The translations under genes and the position numbers were made by a program. From Phallusia mammillata (Eukaryota): a stretch of 64,000 nt of DNA. The DNA lies in the NCBI GenBank assembly GCA_965637545.1, contig OZ281495.1, positions 4,712,001-4,776,000 of the forward strand. Reading direction: 5' to 3'. Shown in pieces: positions 10,401 to 24,767 of the stretch. Numbering within the stretch: position 1 is the stretch's first letter; each line of letters starts with the position of its first letter. The notes below the pieces were generated by a model. It saw only the letters and a list, made by a program, of their open reading frames with translations, was not told the DNA's origin and did not search any database.

Positions 10401-13400
10401 TCTTGGTTGTTTCAAGTGGTTATGTTTCAATATTTGTGTATGAACACGTCGCGCAGGTCATAACAAGTTACCGGAAAACCAATCAATCTCATTGAAGTTG
10501 AAAGCATCCCTTTACTCTAGCAAGTCCAAAGCAAGCATAAAAAAAACGAGCCCGATAGGAACTTCGCATATTAGGTTACAAGCTATTGTTTGATGAACAA
10601 AACCCGAGGTTCGATTTACAGGAAAAGACCACTCCTTCAAAATTAATTTCCACAACATCAAATTCGTAATGTTGAGCAACAAACACAAAAACCATAACAA
10701 AGATAAAGAAATAAAGGAAACGTTTTTTTGATTTAACGAAGCGTGATTATGCGTTAAGGGATAGTTTGATTGTTTCGTAACAAACAGAACCGCTGTTTGT
10801 TTCAAACTATTGTCCCAGGGGTCGTAAAGCACGCGATTGTAAACCTGCCGGTTGTTGATTGTTCTGTGTTCTAAAATAGACTGGTTTTAGAACTCAACTG
10901 TTGCCCGGAAACGCGACGGGGTTACTTGAGTTCAAAACGTCAATCATTCGTTACGCGTCGGTTGGTTTGTCACGTGGTTTAACTAGCTGTTGTTGGTGCA
11001 TGTTGTGAAAATTTGGCTTTTATGTCTGATTAAACAATTTATGGGCACTTTTCTGTTGTATGCAAACAGTTGGCAAGCTTTTAAATGACATAATTGTAAA
11101 CGTCATTTGCAGGAGATCAACTTAAATTGTTATTTGCGTTGGCACGTTGAATAGTTCTAACTAAAAATCTATGTCAATTTGAACTATTTTACAAACTGTG
11201 GCGACAAAGCAATTACAAATCTGTGCATTTGTTTCACAAATCGATTTAAACACGAAAATCGATAACAACTTAGCAAATCTGATTAGTTTTCCAAACTTAA
11301 TTACAAGCAGACATCAATAAAACGCTCTACATCATTTCGTGCTACAAATTCCAATGAAGTTACCACTTGGGATATTTTAAGGGCCCTGTACCCCTAAACC
11401 GACCCCTATTCGTCGGAAGTGAGTCACCCTTTTTTAGTTTACCCCCAAAACACCCGAATCGAGTTGCGAAAAACAGAGTTAGCACGCGTGAGTGATTCCA
11501 TTGACACCAATCAGTCTTGTAGGAATGAATGGTGAAATTTAGCCGACAACTTTGTTTTTCGCAATGTAGTACAACTTGTTGACGAGATAGAGGTGAAGAG
11601 GTTTTAGAGTTCGTATGTGCTTTATTGCCGACGTTTAGTGAAAAAAAAGCACACCAGTATGCCTTTTTAAAGTATATGTCTTTAAAACCAATTAATTATA
11701 GGAAGGCCTGAACTGACGATTACGGTTTGACTTAGTTAGGCTTAAAGCGGCGAAATTCGGACAGTAGAACTGTTTATTAAAGCAAAACTATCAGGCTTTT
11801 GGATAAATAAACATATACTTCACTTGTTGTACATTATCCGTTTCTTATTCAACTAGAAAAACTGCGAATCTTTATTGCCTCCGCTAGTAATAAAAAAGAC
11901 GATTTCTTACTGTGTTAGAAAACGGCAAACGTGCTTAAAACTCTTATGAGCTACAGGAAAACCAAAAAAAACATTTGGATTGCTTGAAGCTGTTAAAAAC
12001 ACAAGCAGTTTTAATGTGCATGCTCCAGGTAGCTCAAAATAACTGCAAGACCACAATAACGACGCCACTTTTTATGATAAATGCACTTTCGAGGTAATTT
12101 TCGGCCATTGGTTCTCTACGGCTTCACTGCGGTGGTAACAGTACTCAGACTTTCTCTCTAATTGCAACTTAAACATCGCCGAAGATTTATGGGCTTTAGA
12201 ATTGTAAGCTGTGTGGCCTCCTAGGTGGTCGGTTGTGAAGGTTCAGCGCGCAAAAAGCGATAATCTCGCTGTTGTACATGAAAAACTGCGCATCTGTTAA
12301 CGTCAAAGAGGACCCCGTTGCTCGGCTGAGCGGCAAACAAGTTGGGTAAACAAATTTCCACCATAAATTTATTCGCTGTACGATTCATGTCACGCTGAAA
12401 CGCGAACGGGCGCATTAAGTCGAATATTTCTTCTTGATTCGATAACAATTGTTTGCATTTCGTTCAGGTCTTGATCAAACGATGACGTCACGCAAAAAAT
12501 GCAACGTCATTCATAAAGGTATGACGTTGAACGAGTCCTAACTCCGATAACTGTTCTAAACTTATGCTATTACCTCAATCAAATAGAGTCACAAATCCAG
12601 TTTAGTTTACTGCGATATAGCGATTAGAGCAGAGTATAAAGTTTGTAAATTAACGAGGCATCTGCTTTAAAATTAGACATATTATTGTATGCTGTATGCT
12701 AGTACAAAGACATGTAAATGTTGTGTAAAAACCGTTTAATTAGTTAGTTCGTGGAAAAGAATAATTTCCACACACGATGGTCTGCTTGAACTAATCCTTT
12801 ATAAACTCGGTAACTGGTATCACCCATTCTCTAATCTATAATTGAAGTTTGCTTGTAACAGCTAACGGAGGAACAACTTATATTAATAGCCACGTGCTTA
12901 ACCAAGCGTGAAAGCATCCATCTGGACTTGACAGAATAACAACCGACAATAGGGGGTAATAAAAACAGCTTTCAAGGGGGCTATATTGGGGGACGTGACC
13001 CAATGAGTAAGAGCAATTTAGGGGTATACGAAAAACAAACTCAATCGTTAAAACCATATTTTGCACCCCTAAATCCCGGTTGCAAAATTGGAAAACGGAT
13101 TTTTTTCATGCGAAAAAAGCGTCTGAGATTTTTTTAAATTTGGAAGAAAACCTTGTAAACAACAATACCTTGCAGTAAGTGGCGTCACATATTTCAGCTG
13201 TAACAGGAGTTCCTGCCAACGTAAGGTCGTGTTGATAGGTGATTTCTATAAAAATGGAGATAGTTGAGTTATACGACTCCCTATCCAGGAAATAATTTGA
13301 CAGTTTTATTGCACAATGGCGCCACCGCAATTGTTTATGGTTGTAAAATAGAAAATAACCGCAGAATAGGTAATTTAGTTGTAAATAAGTTTTATAAAAG

Positions 13401-16400
13401 CAACGTTTTTCTTTCGAAACGGAAATATATTTCTAAGTTCTCAACATTTTGAAGACACATTAAACATTTTTTGGTAAAGGAACAAGAAAAATTGGATAAA
13501 AAACGAAAAATTATACGTTGCGCAAAACAGATACTCGGGTAAACAACTTACATATTTTTTCTAAAATCAATCAATTTTTTACCAAGAGAGATCAAGTGTT
13601 GTTTATCAACTTTTGCGTTTGTCTTAATTTTGTATTACTAGCGTTAAACTTTCGACAGCCCCGTATATTCGTTGAAAAACGAATTTGCTTCAGTTTATCA
13701 GTTAACAATTGTTCCACAAACGTTTTGACAAGTTGTCATGGAAAAGATAACAAACAATCCCATCTCCACGGAGAAAATCGTTCAACATTATCACTAGAAC
13801 ATGACCTTTACCCTCTTTTTCGTTTTAAAGCCAAATTTTCACGGGTTTATGGTGCGAACGCGTTTTGTCCAAACCGCAAGACATTAATCGCTTATCGCAG
13901 CTAATGTAGGGTCAAAAATTTTGAACCGTGTCTGGGTTGATAAGGAGATCATTAAGCCGATGCGTTACTACACCTACAAGAGATATATTGTTCGCTTTCT
14001 AACATGTGTGTGGTATTTAGTGCAGGCGCAAACGCCCTTTCAACCTCTGAGGAAACGAGTCCTAACGTCAAAAGTAGAAAGTTTTACTGATAAAAGAAAA
14101 ATAGTTTACCTGTTCCAGTGGCGTACTCCCCAATGAATCGTTTGGTAAGGAATCGGACCACCAAAGCTGGAAAAACAACAACAAAATGTAAACACAAGTG
14201 CCCAATCGGGATTAATTACACGTCGCTCAAGTCTGGGGGCAGTTTATCACGGACCACACATGTTAGGGAAATTTTTCCCATGTTTCAATAATTTTTTGAT
14301 GTGTGAGTATTTCTATTTTGGCATTTGTTAAATTAATTTTAACCTTAAATTTGTTGTTTAGCAAGTATTTTACAATTTGTAAAACATTCTTTCGGTAGTT
14401 TCATTTCATGTGATAAATGAGATATTGTTTCGAAACAACAGTTTTTAAAAACTTCTTCATAATTTTTTCATACGTTTTTCTTTTTATTCACTTGTTTGTT
14501 TTTTTCGCATTACATACAATGTTGGGATTCGACTCACTGCAAACTTAGCAAACCCCATTAGATTTTACAACACAAACAAAAATGACAGCTTAAGCACGGT
14601 TACGAAATATACATCAGCTATGCACACAAGTCAGACCTTTTATCTGTGCAAATAGCAAACGTTGAAGTAGTTTACGATTGGGCGTATTCACGTTTTACGA
14701 GAATTTACAGCAGGTCAGACACCGAAATTTCGGTAATTGCCCGGTGAAAGGACAGGTGATGTCACGTGATTTATTGTCGTCATGCCCGAGATACGACGCT
14801 CCACTTGGTAACCCAGCAACCGGCCGGAAAATTTTAAAGTTGTTTATTGACTTTTTATCTCGTGTACACTAAGGTAGACTTTGATTTTCAATAGAGGCCT
14901 AATACTGTTTATGACAAGTTTAGCAAGGTTTAAAAAGGCAGTTCGAGGCATTTGTATTGTTTATTCCCGCTTTTTCATTGTTTATTCGAGGATTTTTATG
15001 AAATATTTTTCTGATCTTTTTCCCAAGCGAAATATTTTCTCTCAAATTCCAAAGATTTTTTGCTGGTTTAACTCCGTGATGTAATAGGTCAATGTTTTGA
15101 TTTATTTGCATGCCAATTGTTAGTCTGCTTCTTACAGGCAGATTTTAATGGTTGAAAAAATGTAATGACAATGATATACTTTTTGAATTGCATGTTATTG
15201 AACATAATTGGACATTTATATTTAAGTGTACCTTTTATTATAATAGACCTAAAATGTATGAATGGTGAAACTAAATTTTCACTTCGAAACAGACGTGAAT
15301 GCAAAACAAAAAATCCATGAAAACCAATTTAACTTACATTGAAAACAAAGGAAGCTAAATTGTTTAAATCCACTACAATTTAACAAACTTTACAAATAAG
15401 GCGAATCGACGGACTGACACTGAACATTCTGTCGGAAAGTCGGGGATAAATTACCGCTGTAGAATTTTAATTACGGGACAACGTTATTGACCGGTTATTA
15501 CCCAAGATGTAATAAGGATTCGTAAAGCATATGTCGCTCATAATACGACTGTAGGAAATGAACGCTTATAATTACCCACTTATTATCGATGTCCTCTGCC
15601 TATACTTCATATAATCACTGTAATCTGTAAACAACAATAGCAGAGTCGGTCTTGATTTCAATGAAAAGCTTGTTTCGTTTTTTGGGTTTTTTTGCGAAAA
15701 AAGGGTCATATGGTAAAGTTTAAGCAGAATTACTTGATATAAATGCGTCACATATGTTATGCGAGATTTTGTATGTGCTGGTTTTGTACATATTGCCACA
15801 TTGTTTATACGTATTTGTCACCTGTGTTATTAAGTGTTTGCAGCTTTTGTTTTGTTGTCTACAAGTTTACATATTATTTGCCAAAGATTCATAAGACAAA
15901 ACAAAGACTTGTTTTTCGGACAAATTTCACATACTTTTCAGAGCAAGTCGTAAACACAACAACCCTTTTTAACCCCCTGAAAAGACAGAATAACCCCCAA
16001 TTCACCCTCTTACAATCGGAAATGTTTTTTAATCATTTTTCCGCGAACTCCTACAACCAGACCCAGTGACGTCATTCTGGGTGAAGTTTTGATACGCTCC
16101 ATTGACCCGGAAGGTAGGGTAAATTTACAAGGCCGTTAAGCGTGTTTTGAATCATTGGAAAATCTGGTGAACGCTCTATGTTGAGATACGCCTTGTGAAA
16201 ATGAAGGATTAATGTGATTTTAGCTGAAAGTTGTAGATGTTTTTTGTCGCTTGTTGTCTCTGATTAATCTTGTTTTTGTTTTCTAAAGCGAAAATAAGTT
16301 GATTCATGAAGTTTGACAAACATAGGGCAATAGCCGAGAAAATACTTTTTAAATGTTTAGCAAACAACGTACTTTTTCGCTGCACTACTTTTTCGTTGAA

Positions 16401-18918
16401 TTTTTACACATGGTATTGTTTACCAAACAGCTTCTTGAAAATTGATTCTAGGAACCATTCTCTGTTCTATTGCAATACCCATAACGGCAAGTTTGGTAAC
16501 GTTTGTTGCCAGGTAAATATCTGTTGGCGTAATATTTTGCAACAAAAGTATTCAGTGTATTATGCACAAAGTAAAAGCTTTTGATAACGTTTTTGTTAAA
16601 TCATTTGTCCCAGGGAACTTTGAGAATGTAATGTCGAAACGCACGTCTACACATAATCAATTCGATCAGCAATTAGTAAAGACAGGCAACGTGTGCAAAG
16701 CTGTCATAAACTCGGTAAACAAAACCTGGGAGATATCCTGACATGCTTAGTCACGGTTGAAGTTAGCTCTGTTGTCGGATATAAGTCCGAATTTGACAAC
16801 TGCAATCTCAGTGGACGCATACAAGCTTTGACTGTTATCTGATTGGTCAACTGACTGCCTAGTGTGACGTCACACAGAGTGCATTATCAGTGTTTACGTC
16901 AGTGATTTTGGCGCCAGTGCTAGATGCATTAACGTTTCGTGGTGCAGCCCGCTGTGTTAAAATTCCAGTGAATCAATCAAAATACAAGATTTTGGAAATT
17001 TAACAGTTTATTGAAAAGTTGTTAATAATTTTGCCAGTTTACGATGTTATTCAATTTTATTATTATATCACTTATGATAGCATGAGCATTTGCCAAAACG
17101 TTTAAACAATAAAGCATGTCGCTTTTTACGTCTATTTGGGCCGTTATTTTCACCATTAAATTTGTGAATGGATCCGTATTTAGTGTTTCAAATTATTATG
17201 TTTTGTCAAACTTAATACTATGACGCAATAAATGCTGTTTTTTCTACTACAGGAGACGTTTTATTTGTTGCTAGCAGAATTACGTCATTTTGACTGACAC
17301 CAAACAAATGTGGAAAAACATGGTTTTAAGACCATATTATATGTAATATAGAACTTGTTTGACCTTCAAGCGATTTTACCTTAGCCGGATAAAACCACAT
17401 TCGTGATTCACATGAGGCCGAAACCCGGATTTTCTGGTTTAAATTTCACTTCCAAGGCAAAAGAATTTAGCTATACCTGACCTAGGTTCAATCTAACCAC
17501 TGTATTAAGTCTTAACTGCGCGGTTTTATCATCCTGCGGTCGTTTCAAAGTTTGAAACAGTTTCAGTTCACTTTTAATAAGACAGAAAACGAGCTTTTTG
17601 TCAAGTTTTTGTTAAAGAAATTCTATTAACATTTTTGAACAACTACAGTACATTGTGTTTACTTTTTATTATTTGTAAGACCTAAAAAACCAGGTTGGAA
17701 AGTTGGTTTTTTCAAAAAGCTTTAATTATTTAAACATTAATCCCAATTATGACGAAAATTATAACCCGAATAAAGTAACATGTAAAAGGAATGAGTAATC
17801 AAGAACATTTTCGATGAACAACTACACAAAGTTAGGTCGTTAACCTACTTTAACCAATTTCTGCTTTGCACATAAATAAACGCAGTTTCCACGAACAAAG
17901 ATTAAATGGTACTTCTCTTTAAACACCCAAAAGTCTCGTATATCTTCCTAAACCCCAAGCATAAAGCGGTCGCCAGAACCGATTGATTCTTTACGAGATA
18001 CCGGTGCTGGTGCGGGTGGTTGATTGACGGCTGAACTGATAGTGGGAGGCGAAATTTTAAGTGGTAACAAGCGGCTATGGCTTCATTAAGTGATGCCGTT
18101 ATGTTATGTGGTGTGATGCCACAGATTATGGTCGTCATTTTTGACAGCATTTCATGCACATTTTGCCTACATTGGCACGCTATCGTCAAAAAGCTGTTGA
18201 CTTGAACCAAAACGTTGCTTTGATTTGGACATTTTAAAGACGATTTAATGGTTTTGGTGTTGTTTTTTGGCGGTTGTATTTCTTTGTGTTATACCATACA
18301 TGAACTGATTTGCTATCACTTTTAAAAGGGCTTAAAATGGTTTTAAAGTTGTTTAATATACCGCTACACGATAGTTTCTTCACAGTTTGACAAACATTTT
18401 AGCACAAAAACGGAAAAACTAATGTTTTGACAAAGTCGCTTTACAACAAAGAAACGGATCCCTGCGATATTAAATATATTGAATTTTTCATGCAGTGTAT
18501 AGGTATAAAATATTTTTTCCTAAAGGGACATTGTAATTTTGTTTTGTTTTATTATATGCAGTCAGACCAATAGACCAGTTCTTTCTTGGAACTAAACCTT
18601 CAAAAAACCTGAACAATAACCCACTAGTATCATCTGTCTGACTTCGCCTAAACATTACACCAAGCAATTTCAGCAAACTAAACGCTCAAATCCAGCTAAA
18701 AACTGCCACAGGGTCTAATAACACAACAGACTGAGACTTTAAGTAGAAGCAGATTGCGTGTTAAGCACCTCAGCTTATAGCATGGATTACTTTTAACGCT
18801 GACCAGACCGGGCTCGAGCTGGGTAAAAAGGCTTACCGGATTTTCCAACGTTTTGGTCGCCGAGTACCACGAGCCTCACTGGGGGTGCCGTGTTGTTATT
18901 CACACTGTATCTTCGCAT
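7458..18918 (-). CDS. RERG/RASL11/RASL12-subfamily Ras-like small GTPase with long Ser-rich C-terminal extension (643 aa)
   Basis: Five exons with GT-AG boundaries and consistent phases: 18837-18918 (MRRYSVNNNTAPPVRLVVLGDQNVGKS), 14110-14166 (ALVVRFLTKRFIGEYATGT), 13169-13245 (EITYQHDLTLAGTPVTAEICDATYCK), 9596-9795 (NHQ...DAYLIVYSV...ILLVGNKCDLDHYR), 7458-8973 (EVKRSEGE...FVETSAAE...IQDRVY*). CDS is 1932 nt. ALVVRFLTKRFI and GNKxDLDHxR match RERG as recalled; no CAAX box. Confidence 0.9.
9841..10013. repeat. Foldback element: 67-bp arms (3 mismatches) enclosing a hammerhead core
   Basis: Arms are 9841-9907 and 9947-10013. The plus strand has CTGATGA(9925-9931)-T-GACAA-cagaga-TTGTC-GAAAC-GTC(9956). 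The minus strand has a deleted version, GTTCA-GTGACGA-TC-GAAAC-GTC-TGAAC. Confidence 0.8.
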
Positions 18919-20645
18919 AGTGCTGGTTGTTTGGTTGTACCAGTTTTCTGTTTCCTAATTTTGAGCAGTTACATATACATCATTACAAAAAAGCTGTCGT
19001 GGAAAAAAGATTTAAGGATTAAAAACGTGCAATAAAAACAATAAAATGTAACACTGCATACAATGTGTCTAATGCCTTACTAACTAATATTGACGAAGTT
19101 ACGATCCCGGCTTTTATCAAATCAAATACATGTTGCTTTTATTTGTAGGTAACTAACATTCATTTTACTAACCGACGTATGTTTTGAAAATACTATTTTT
19201 TTAAATCATTCTGACATACATACATGGCCAGAAATGCTAAAACATGTCACCAATCTGTTCAAACTATTTCGAATGTAAAGTTACATTGATGTTGGTAACA
19301 ATACAGTAACCCGATACAAACTCAAACATTACGTCAAGCATAATATTTGCTTTATGCCGTAACAATGTTTTTGTTTCCTATGCCACAACAATACAGCGCA
19401 TTTGTCCCTTACTTTTAAAAATTCACTATTACTTTTCAAACAAAATAACATTTTTGCTAAACCTTGGTTGAATCTTTAGTACAGGCGAAAACCCCAACGC
19501 AAGCTTTTATAAATGCAATTCGTTTTTTTGCCTTAATGTCAACCTAGAACTGATTAAATTATAAAACAGCCTGTCTCCTATTTGAATGCGAAACAGGCCA
19601 AAATGCGCTCCCTGGTACATGTGTTAAAAAATCATTAAAATTTAAATACATTAGTAAGTCTGTTCACAACGTTGTGACGACAATTCGTGTGAAAGGTCAT
19701 CGCCCGCGAGGTATTCACGTGGTTTACTGGTTCCACAATGTCCAATACTGGGAAAAGTTGACCCACTAAGAGATAAACAACTTGGTTTTATCAAATCCTA
19801 CAAGCTTTGTTCACAAACAGCTTTGTCAGCCAATCGACGTTGTGCTAATATTTGTTTGGACACGATACCGTAAGTTATGCAGATAAATCGAAAACTATTG
19901 TTGTTAGCTGATTGGTTTTCAAATTTTCGGAGAAAAGAGAAAACTATTTCTGCTAATTTGTTGTTGCGTAAGCGCATTTTTTGACAAAGCATCTCGATAG
20001 GAATTTGTCCGCACAAATTTCCTTAGTTTCATGCCCGACACAGCACATTTCACGATAAAAGTCGTTAAATTACATGAATTTTTTGTAAAGTAAAGTAAAA
20101 TATGGTTCATACCAGAGTTGTAAACGGGCCTGCAATTGGAGCCCGAACCCGAATCCGAATCGTTTTTGAGAAGCCCGTTTAGGCCCGAAAGTTTGATTGA
20201 CAGGCAACACCAAAGCAACAGACACAACAGATAATTGGTCTTCAACATGGCGTTTTAGGGCTGTTTGACATCAGGTCAGGTCCAGCAACTGGCTACTTAG
20301 CCAGTGAAATATAAATAAAACACCTTAAAAATCCTTCAATTTTTTAACAAACTAAAATGTAGGCGCACTAATTAGTTTACCATATAATTGTGATAATTGC
20401 TTAAATTAACATATTCATAAGTTAAGGCTGGGCTAAAGTTCAAGTAATTCAGTACCAAGTTTACAAGAGTCGTCGTAATTATGGGGAGGGTTTGTAAATT
20501 GCCTCCATAAATAGACCGAAGATGCGATGCTATGAACTGGACCAATTTAAATGAGCATTTTCTTCTACACTGTAAAACATACTGATGTTTATTCCAATTG
20601 CTAAACAGATATGATCTTGTAAAAGCATAGAGCTAATAAATAATA

Positions 20646-20697
20646 AGCTGCAGACAGTGCACACTGTTTCGACCTATAAGGTTTCATCAGTGCAGCT
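20646..20697 (-). ncRNA. Type I hammerhead ribozyme, near-complete (family H1)
   Basis: Minus strand: AGCTGCA-CTGATGA-AACC-TTATA-GGTC-GAA-ACAGTG-TG-CACTGT-C-TGCAGCT. Perfect 7-bp stem I, intact CUGAUGA and GAAA, stem III, GUC cleavage triplet. The only defect is A instead of G at position 10.1. Confidence 0.82.
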
Positions 20698-23600
20698 GGT
20701 GACGAGAGATCGGCCGCATTGGCTAGTGTAGCCATTCAGATATGATCTTCTTTAAGCAAAATTTTCTGCAAAGCTGATTTATTTAAACGTGTCACATAGC
20801 ACCGACAATTGGAAACCTTTATTTTACTTCAAATTTTCACACAAAAACTGCCCAAACGTAAGGAAACTAACATAATTCAATACAACCTTCTTAAGGGTTC
20901 AACTAAACTTAGCATATCTCCTTGAAAGTGTCTATTTTACACACTGCAAACTGTATGCTAAATACCACTTACAATTCTGAACTCTTTATAGCCGGTTAAA
21001 AGGCAATAAAACCCGGCATCTTATAGTAGGCGGCATCGATTATTTACTTCGAGTCGCCCACAGCTGTCTAATACGCGGCAAACTTACATTGTAGAGTGCT
21101 GCATATCCAGACACCAGACAGACATAATCGTAATCGTAAAAGCCTACACAGAATTGAGACCGCTTCACAAATCGCCTGCCGTCTCATATGATCTGTGCGG
21201 AAACTAGGGACACCAGAATAGACATATTTTATTGACGAAGTGTCTGTGTCATGGCGTAATATCTATATCGGTACAGCACACGCCACACGCAGCGATACTA
21301 AACAAACAAAAATGCCTGAAATATGCTAACGGTATCTGTACTCCATGAGATTTTACACAGCTCTTTCAACATACAAACGTTCTTTTCTGCGTAAAGTACT
21401 TCCGAGATAATGAAATCCAATATTTTGTCAAAACCTGAAAACAACATTGTTTCTGATCGGACATTGCCAATTTAAACTTCCTTCAACAAGACTTTAAAAT
21501 GTTCACAACTGCCGTCCGTGGCACCATCATTCGAGTGTCGACTCTTAGGTCGAGGCCAGAGCAGTTTGTTAGCCACACGAGCGCAAGAAAAAGGTTTCAG
21601 CCGCCAGATTGACAGCGATAAGGCCGCCTCAATATCGCACCTACCCTCTTGTTCGACCGCAGCACGCGAAAAAAAACGAGAGAAATCAGGTGCACGATGC
21701 CTTTTTCTGTATTTCTCATAGCTGCTTCTCTCGCTTTTTTATGAGCACTCGCATGTGATGTTTGTTTATCTTTATTGCTTGTTAAAGGGCTTGCGTAGCG
21801 ATTAGAAGGCGTAATTGTTGTGTGCAATGTTTGTATCGGTTGCACTTGCGCCAGTTTCTACGGCAGTATTTGCACTGGTTGCATTTTACCACCTGAAACA
21901 CTTAAAACGGACAAGTTTTTCATGTCCATTCACGAAATCAAGCAATTTGTTAAAGAAACGAAATCAACAAAAAATTGGTACATTTAATCAAACATCTTAA
22001 AAAAAGTAACCGGAATACCTCAAAGCCACCATTTTTCACACATACTGAATAGTTGCATGACAAACAACTAAAATATTTTTTATCTCTCAGTAAGTGTTGT
22101 TTGTGCTACAATATCCTCACCTTGCATAGAAAAAGCACTTTTTAAAGCATTAGACCAACATTTTCTTCCGGTGTATATAACAACCATACCATTCAGGAGC
22201 ACTATACGCTAATGCAATCCCACTGCTACTGAGCGAAGATTAACGAATGGGACAACGTATATAAACGAAAAATCCTGGCATGGTTGACGTATTACAACCG
22301 CGGCATGCGTCTACCCACATGCTACTAATTGGACGAGTGTGACATAACAAAGCGGAAGTGCAACGTAACAAAGCGACTTGCGAGTCTAGGTTTTGTAAAA
22401 TTTTGCTTTATTGCGTAACTGATACAGACCCCTGCGTCATCATAAACTACATAGAGCAAAAACACATGTTTTGCCCCTAATTAATTAAATTTATTGAGAA
22501 CCATCTGTTGCTTTTGTGCCTCGATTTTCTCTCTTATGTAACAAATGTAGTCTCTTGCGTAAGCAGCATAAAAAAAATACTACAATTCGTCACAATCAAT
22601 GTGCATTTGGTTAAAATTCCATGGCCGATCGTTTTAGCTTGGTTTTGCGCTCTCACGTTACGAAAGCTCGCTTTACATAACCCAGCATAAAACGGTGTAG
22701 CTGCAGCGCGTTCAGTCATGATCCACCAATTGTGCCCTCCACTATTTTGTGCTTTATAACGTTTTTTAAACGCTGCGCAGCTATTTCCGGCTTGGTGGAT
22801 TGCATTGTGTTGCTATGTGCTCGTTTACCAAGCGAAATCAACTCAACTCAACAACTTTACTCAACTCATTACAGTTTCATGCCGACTAAACGTTTGGAAA
22901 GATGTGCAAAAATAACATACTGACGCTCCAGTTTTTCAACAGTTATACCAAATTCCAGTTTCTCGGTACTGTCTTTCCATCTGTTTACAACAAATCATTA
23001 AGAATTGAATAGGACAATAGCTTAGGTGTTGCCTGGAGTCAACGCGAAAAGGCCGAGAAGCTACAAACTGCCAAAGGGTCGAATTCTCGGGGTTTGATAG
23101 ATTGGTTGAGATCTAATGGCCCTTGACAGATTCAAGGATAGAATCTATTGAAAGCACGTCAAGCGATTTACTGCTAGTGCTTAACCAGCTCCTAAAGGAT
23201 TTTCAAGGACAATTGCAAACTTGTTGGTGGTTTTTACGCGTGCGATTTTCTAAAAGTTTCAAGTTTTGATTTTCACGGTTTTCGAGCAGTTAGAAATGAC
23301 AACACCTTTATCTGTTTGCTTAGGACTTCTGCATTGACTTCGACAAACAACGATTTAATAATAAAAAAAAAACATTTGTAAAGTTAGATTTTTTCCTGCA
23401 ATTGTATCAGAGTTTTTTGGTAAATGAAAATAGCGAAATACCTTAACTATTTTGTCCAATGTTTAGTTAATTGATCATTATCTAAGATAGCAATGTGTTA
23501 TACATACTTTAAACAGCCTAAGTAGATACCGTTGATTACTATAGTGTTCATTCTATTTGAATAAGCACGCGACGATGCCAATTAAGCAAAGCATTATTTT

Positions 23601-24550
23601 GTTTCTAGGCTTACCAAATGGTTTTGTCAGCACTATGACTGTAATCTCAAAACTTGAACCTTACTGGTGATAAACTAGATTTCCAGGTTAAACACAGCCA
23701 CAAAAATGTTCAGTTATCTTTTTATCTTACAGATTAGGCATTCACCCAAAAGTTTTACCCCGGATGAAATCGGCAATGCTGTAATTACCGTAAGGTTGCT
23801 GTAATTATGGTAATCTTTATCAGACAACTTCGCAGCGGAATAGGGCAGAGATATTATCTGAGTCTTTGGTGAAAAACCCTTTGCAGAATGTTGCTAATAC
23901 TGCCACACCTTTTTCTTCTAATCATTATAAACAAACCTGACTCATCAGAGCGAAAAATTTGGCTGTAAACAGTTTAATGTTTCCACTTGTTGTTTGTCAT
24001 TTGTCTCAGTTAGTTCTTGCAAATTTCATTGATATGCTACATCAGTTAGTTCTGTAAGGTCAATTTGTTTACTTCCAACTGAGCATTTGTCAAACGAATT
24101 GCTCAACAAAATAACGTTTGAAGCACGCGAACCTTCTGAACTTGTCAATACAATGTCCTCAAATTAAAATTGAAAATGTAGATCACACTAAAGAAAAGTT
24201 CGAAAATCGATTTATTGTCGGGCATTTTGCAAATCCTTCGCCGTTGCAATGGTATTGTCATATCGACCCTACAGCGCGAACTCCAGGGTCAAACGGGTTC
24301 ATTTCTTGCCAAATCTAATCACAACGAAGTGCTTGAAACAGCAAAAGCTTTGCAAATCTTTTGTAGGCAACCTTATTGGTATCATCACTGTGAAAAAATT
24401 TGACATGTAACACGATGTAGCTTTTAAATATCTTACGTAGTAACGCAACGTCATTCGGCAAGATTACGTAAGCATACGTCATAGGCATTAAAAACTGTAT
24501 TGGTTGAATAAATTAATTAGGCGTTTGAAAATTGCTCTGGTTTGTTACTG

Positions 24551-24767
24551 CAGTGGTCGGCAACCACTGGTCCGCGGCCCTGTGCCGGTCCGTGAGGAGT
24601 TTGTTACCGGGCCGCATAAAACTTGCTCAAGGTTCACTTTGAATCAAAGTTGTAATATTTGTCATTAGTTTTCAGTGCTGATTATTTGTGTTTTTTTAAG
24701 GCCGGTCTGTGATATAAAATTTTAGTTTCAAACCGGCCCGCAGTGCAAAAAAGGTTGCCGACCCCTG
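24551..24767. mobile_element. hAT-type MITE
   Basis: TIRs CAGTGGTCGGCAACC / GGTTGCCGACCCCTG; perfect 8-bp TSD TGTTACTG. Confidence 0.9.

Noticed and set aside
10151-10832. 114-aa and 106-aa ORFs in GTPase intron 3
   Set aside because: No recognisable motif; neighbouring frames are interrupted by stops.
17902-18210. 102-aa minus-strand ORF as an alternative first exon of the GTPase (phase-compatible A|GTACCA donor)
   Set aside because: Weak donor, no P-loop, TTG start; nothing beyond phase compatibility supports it.
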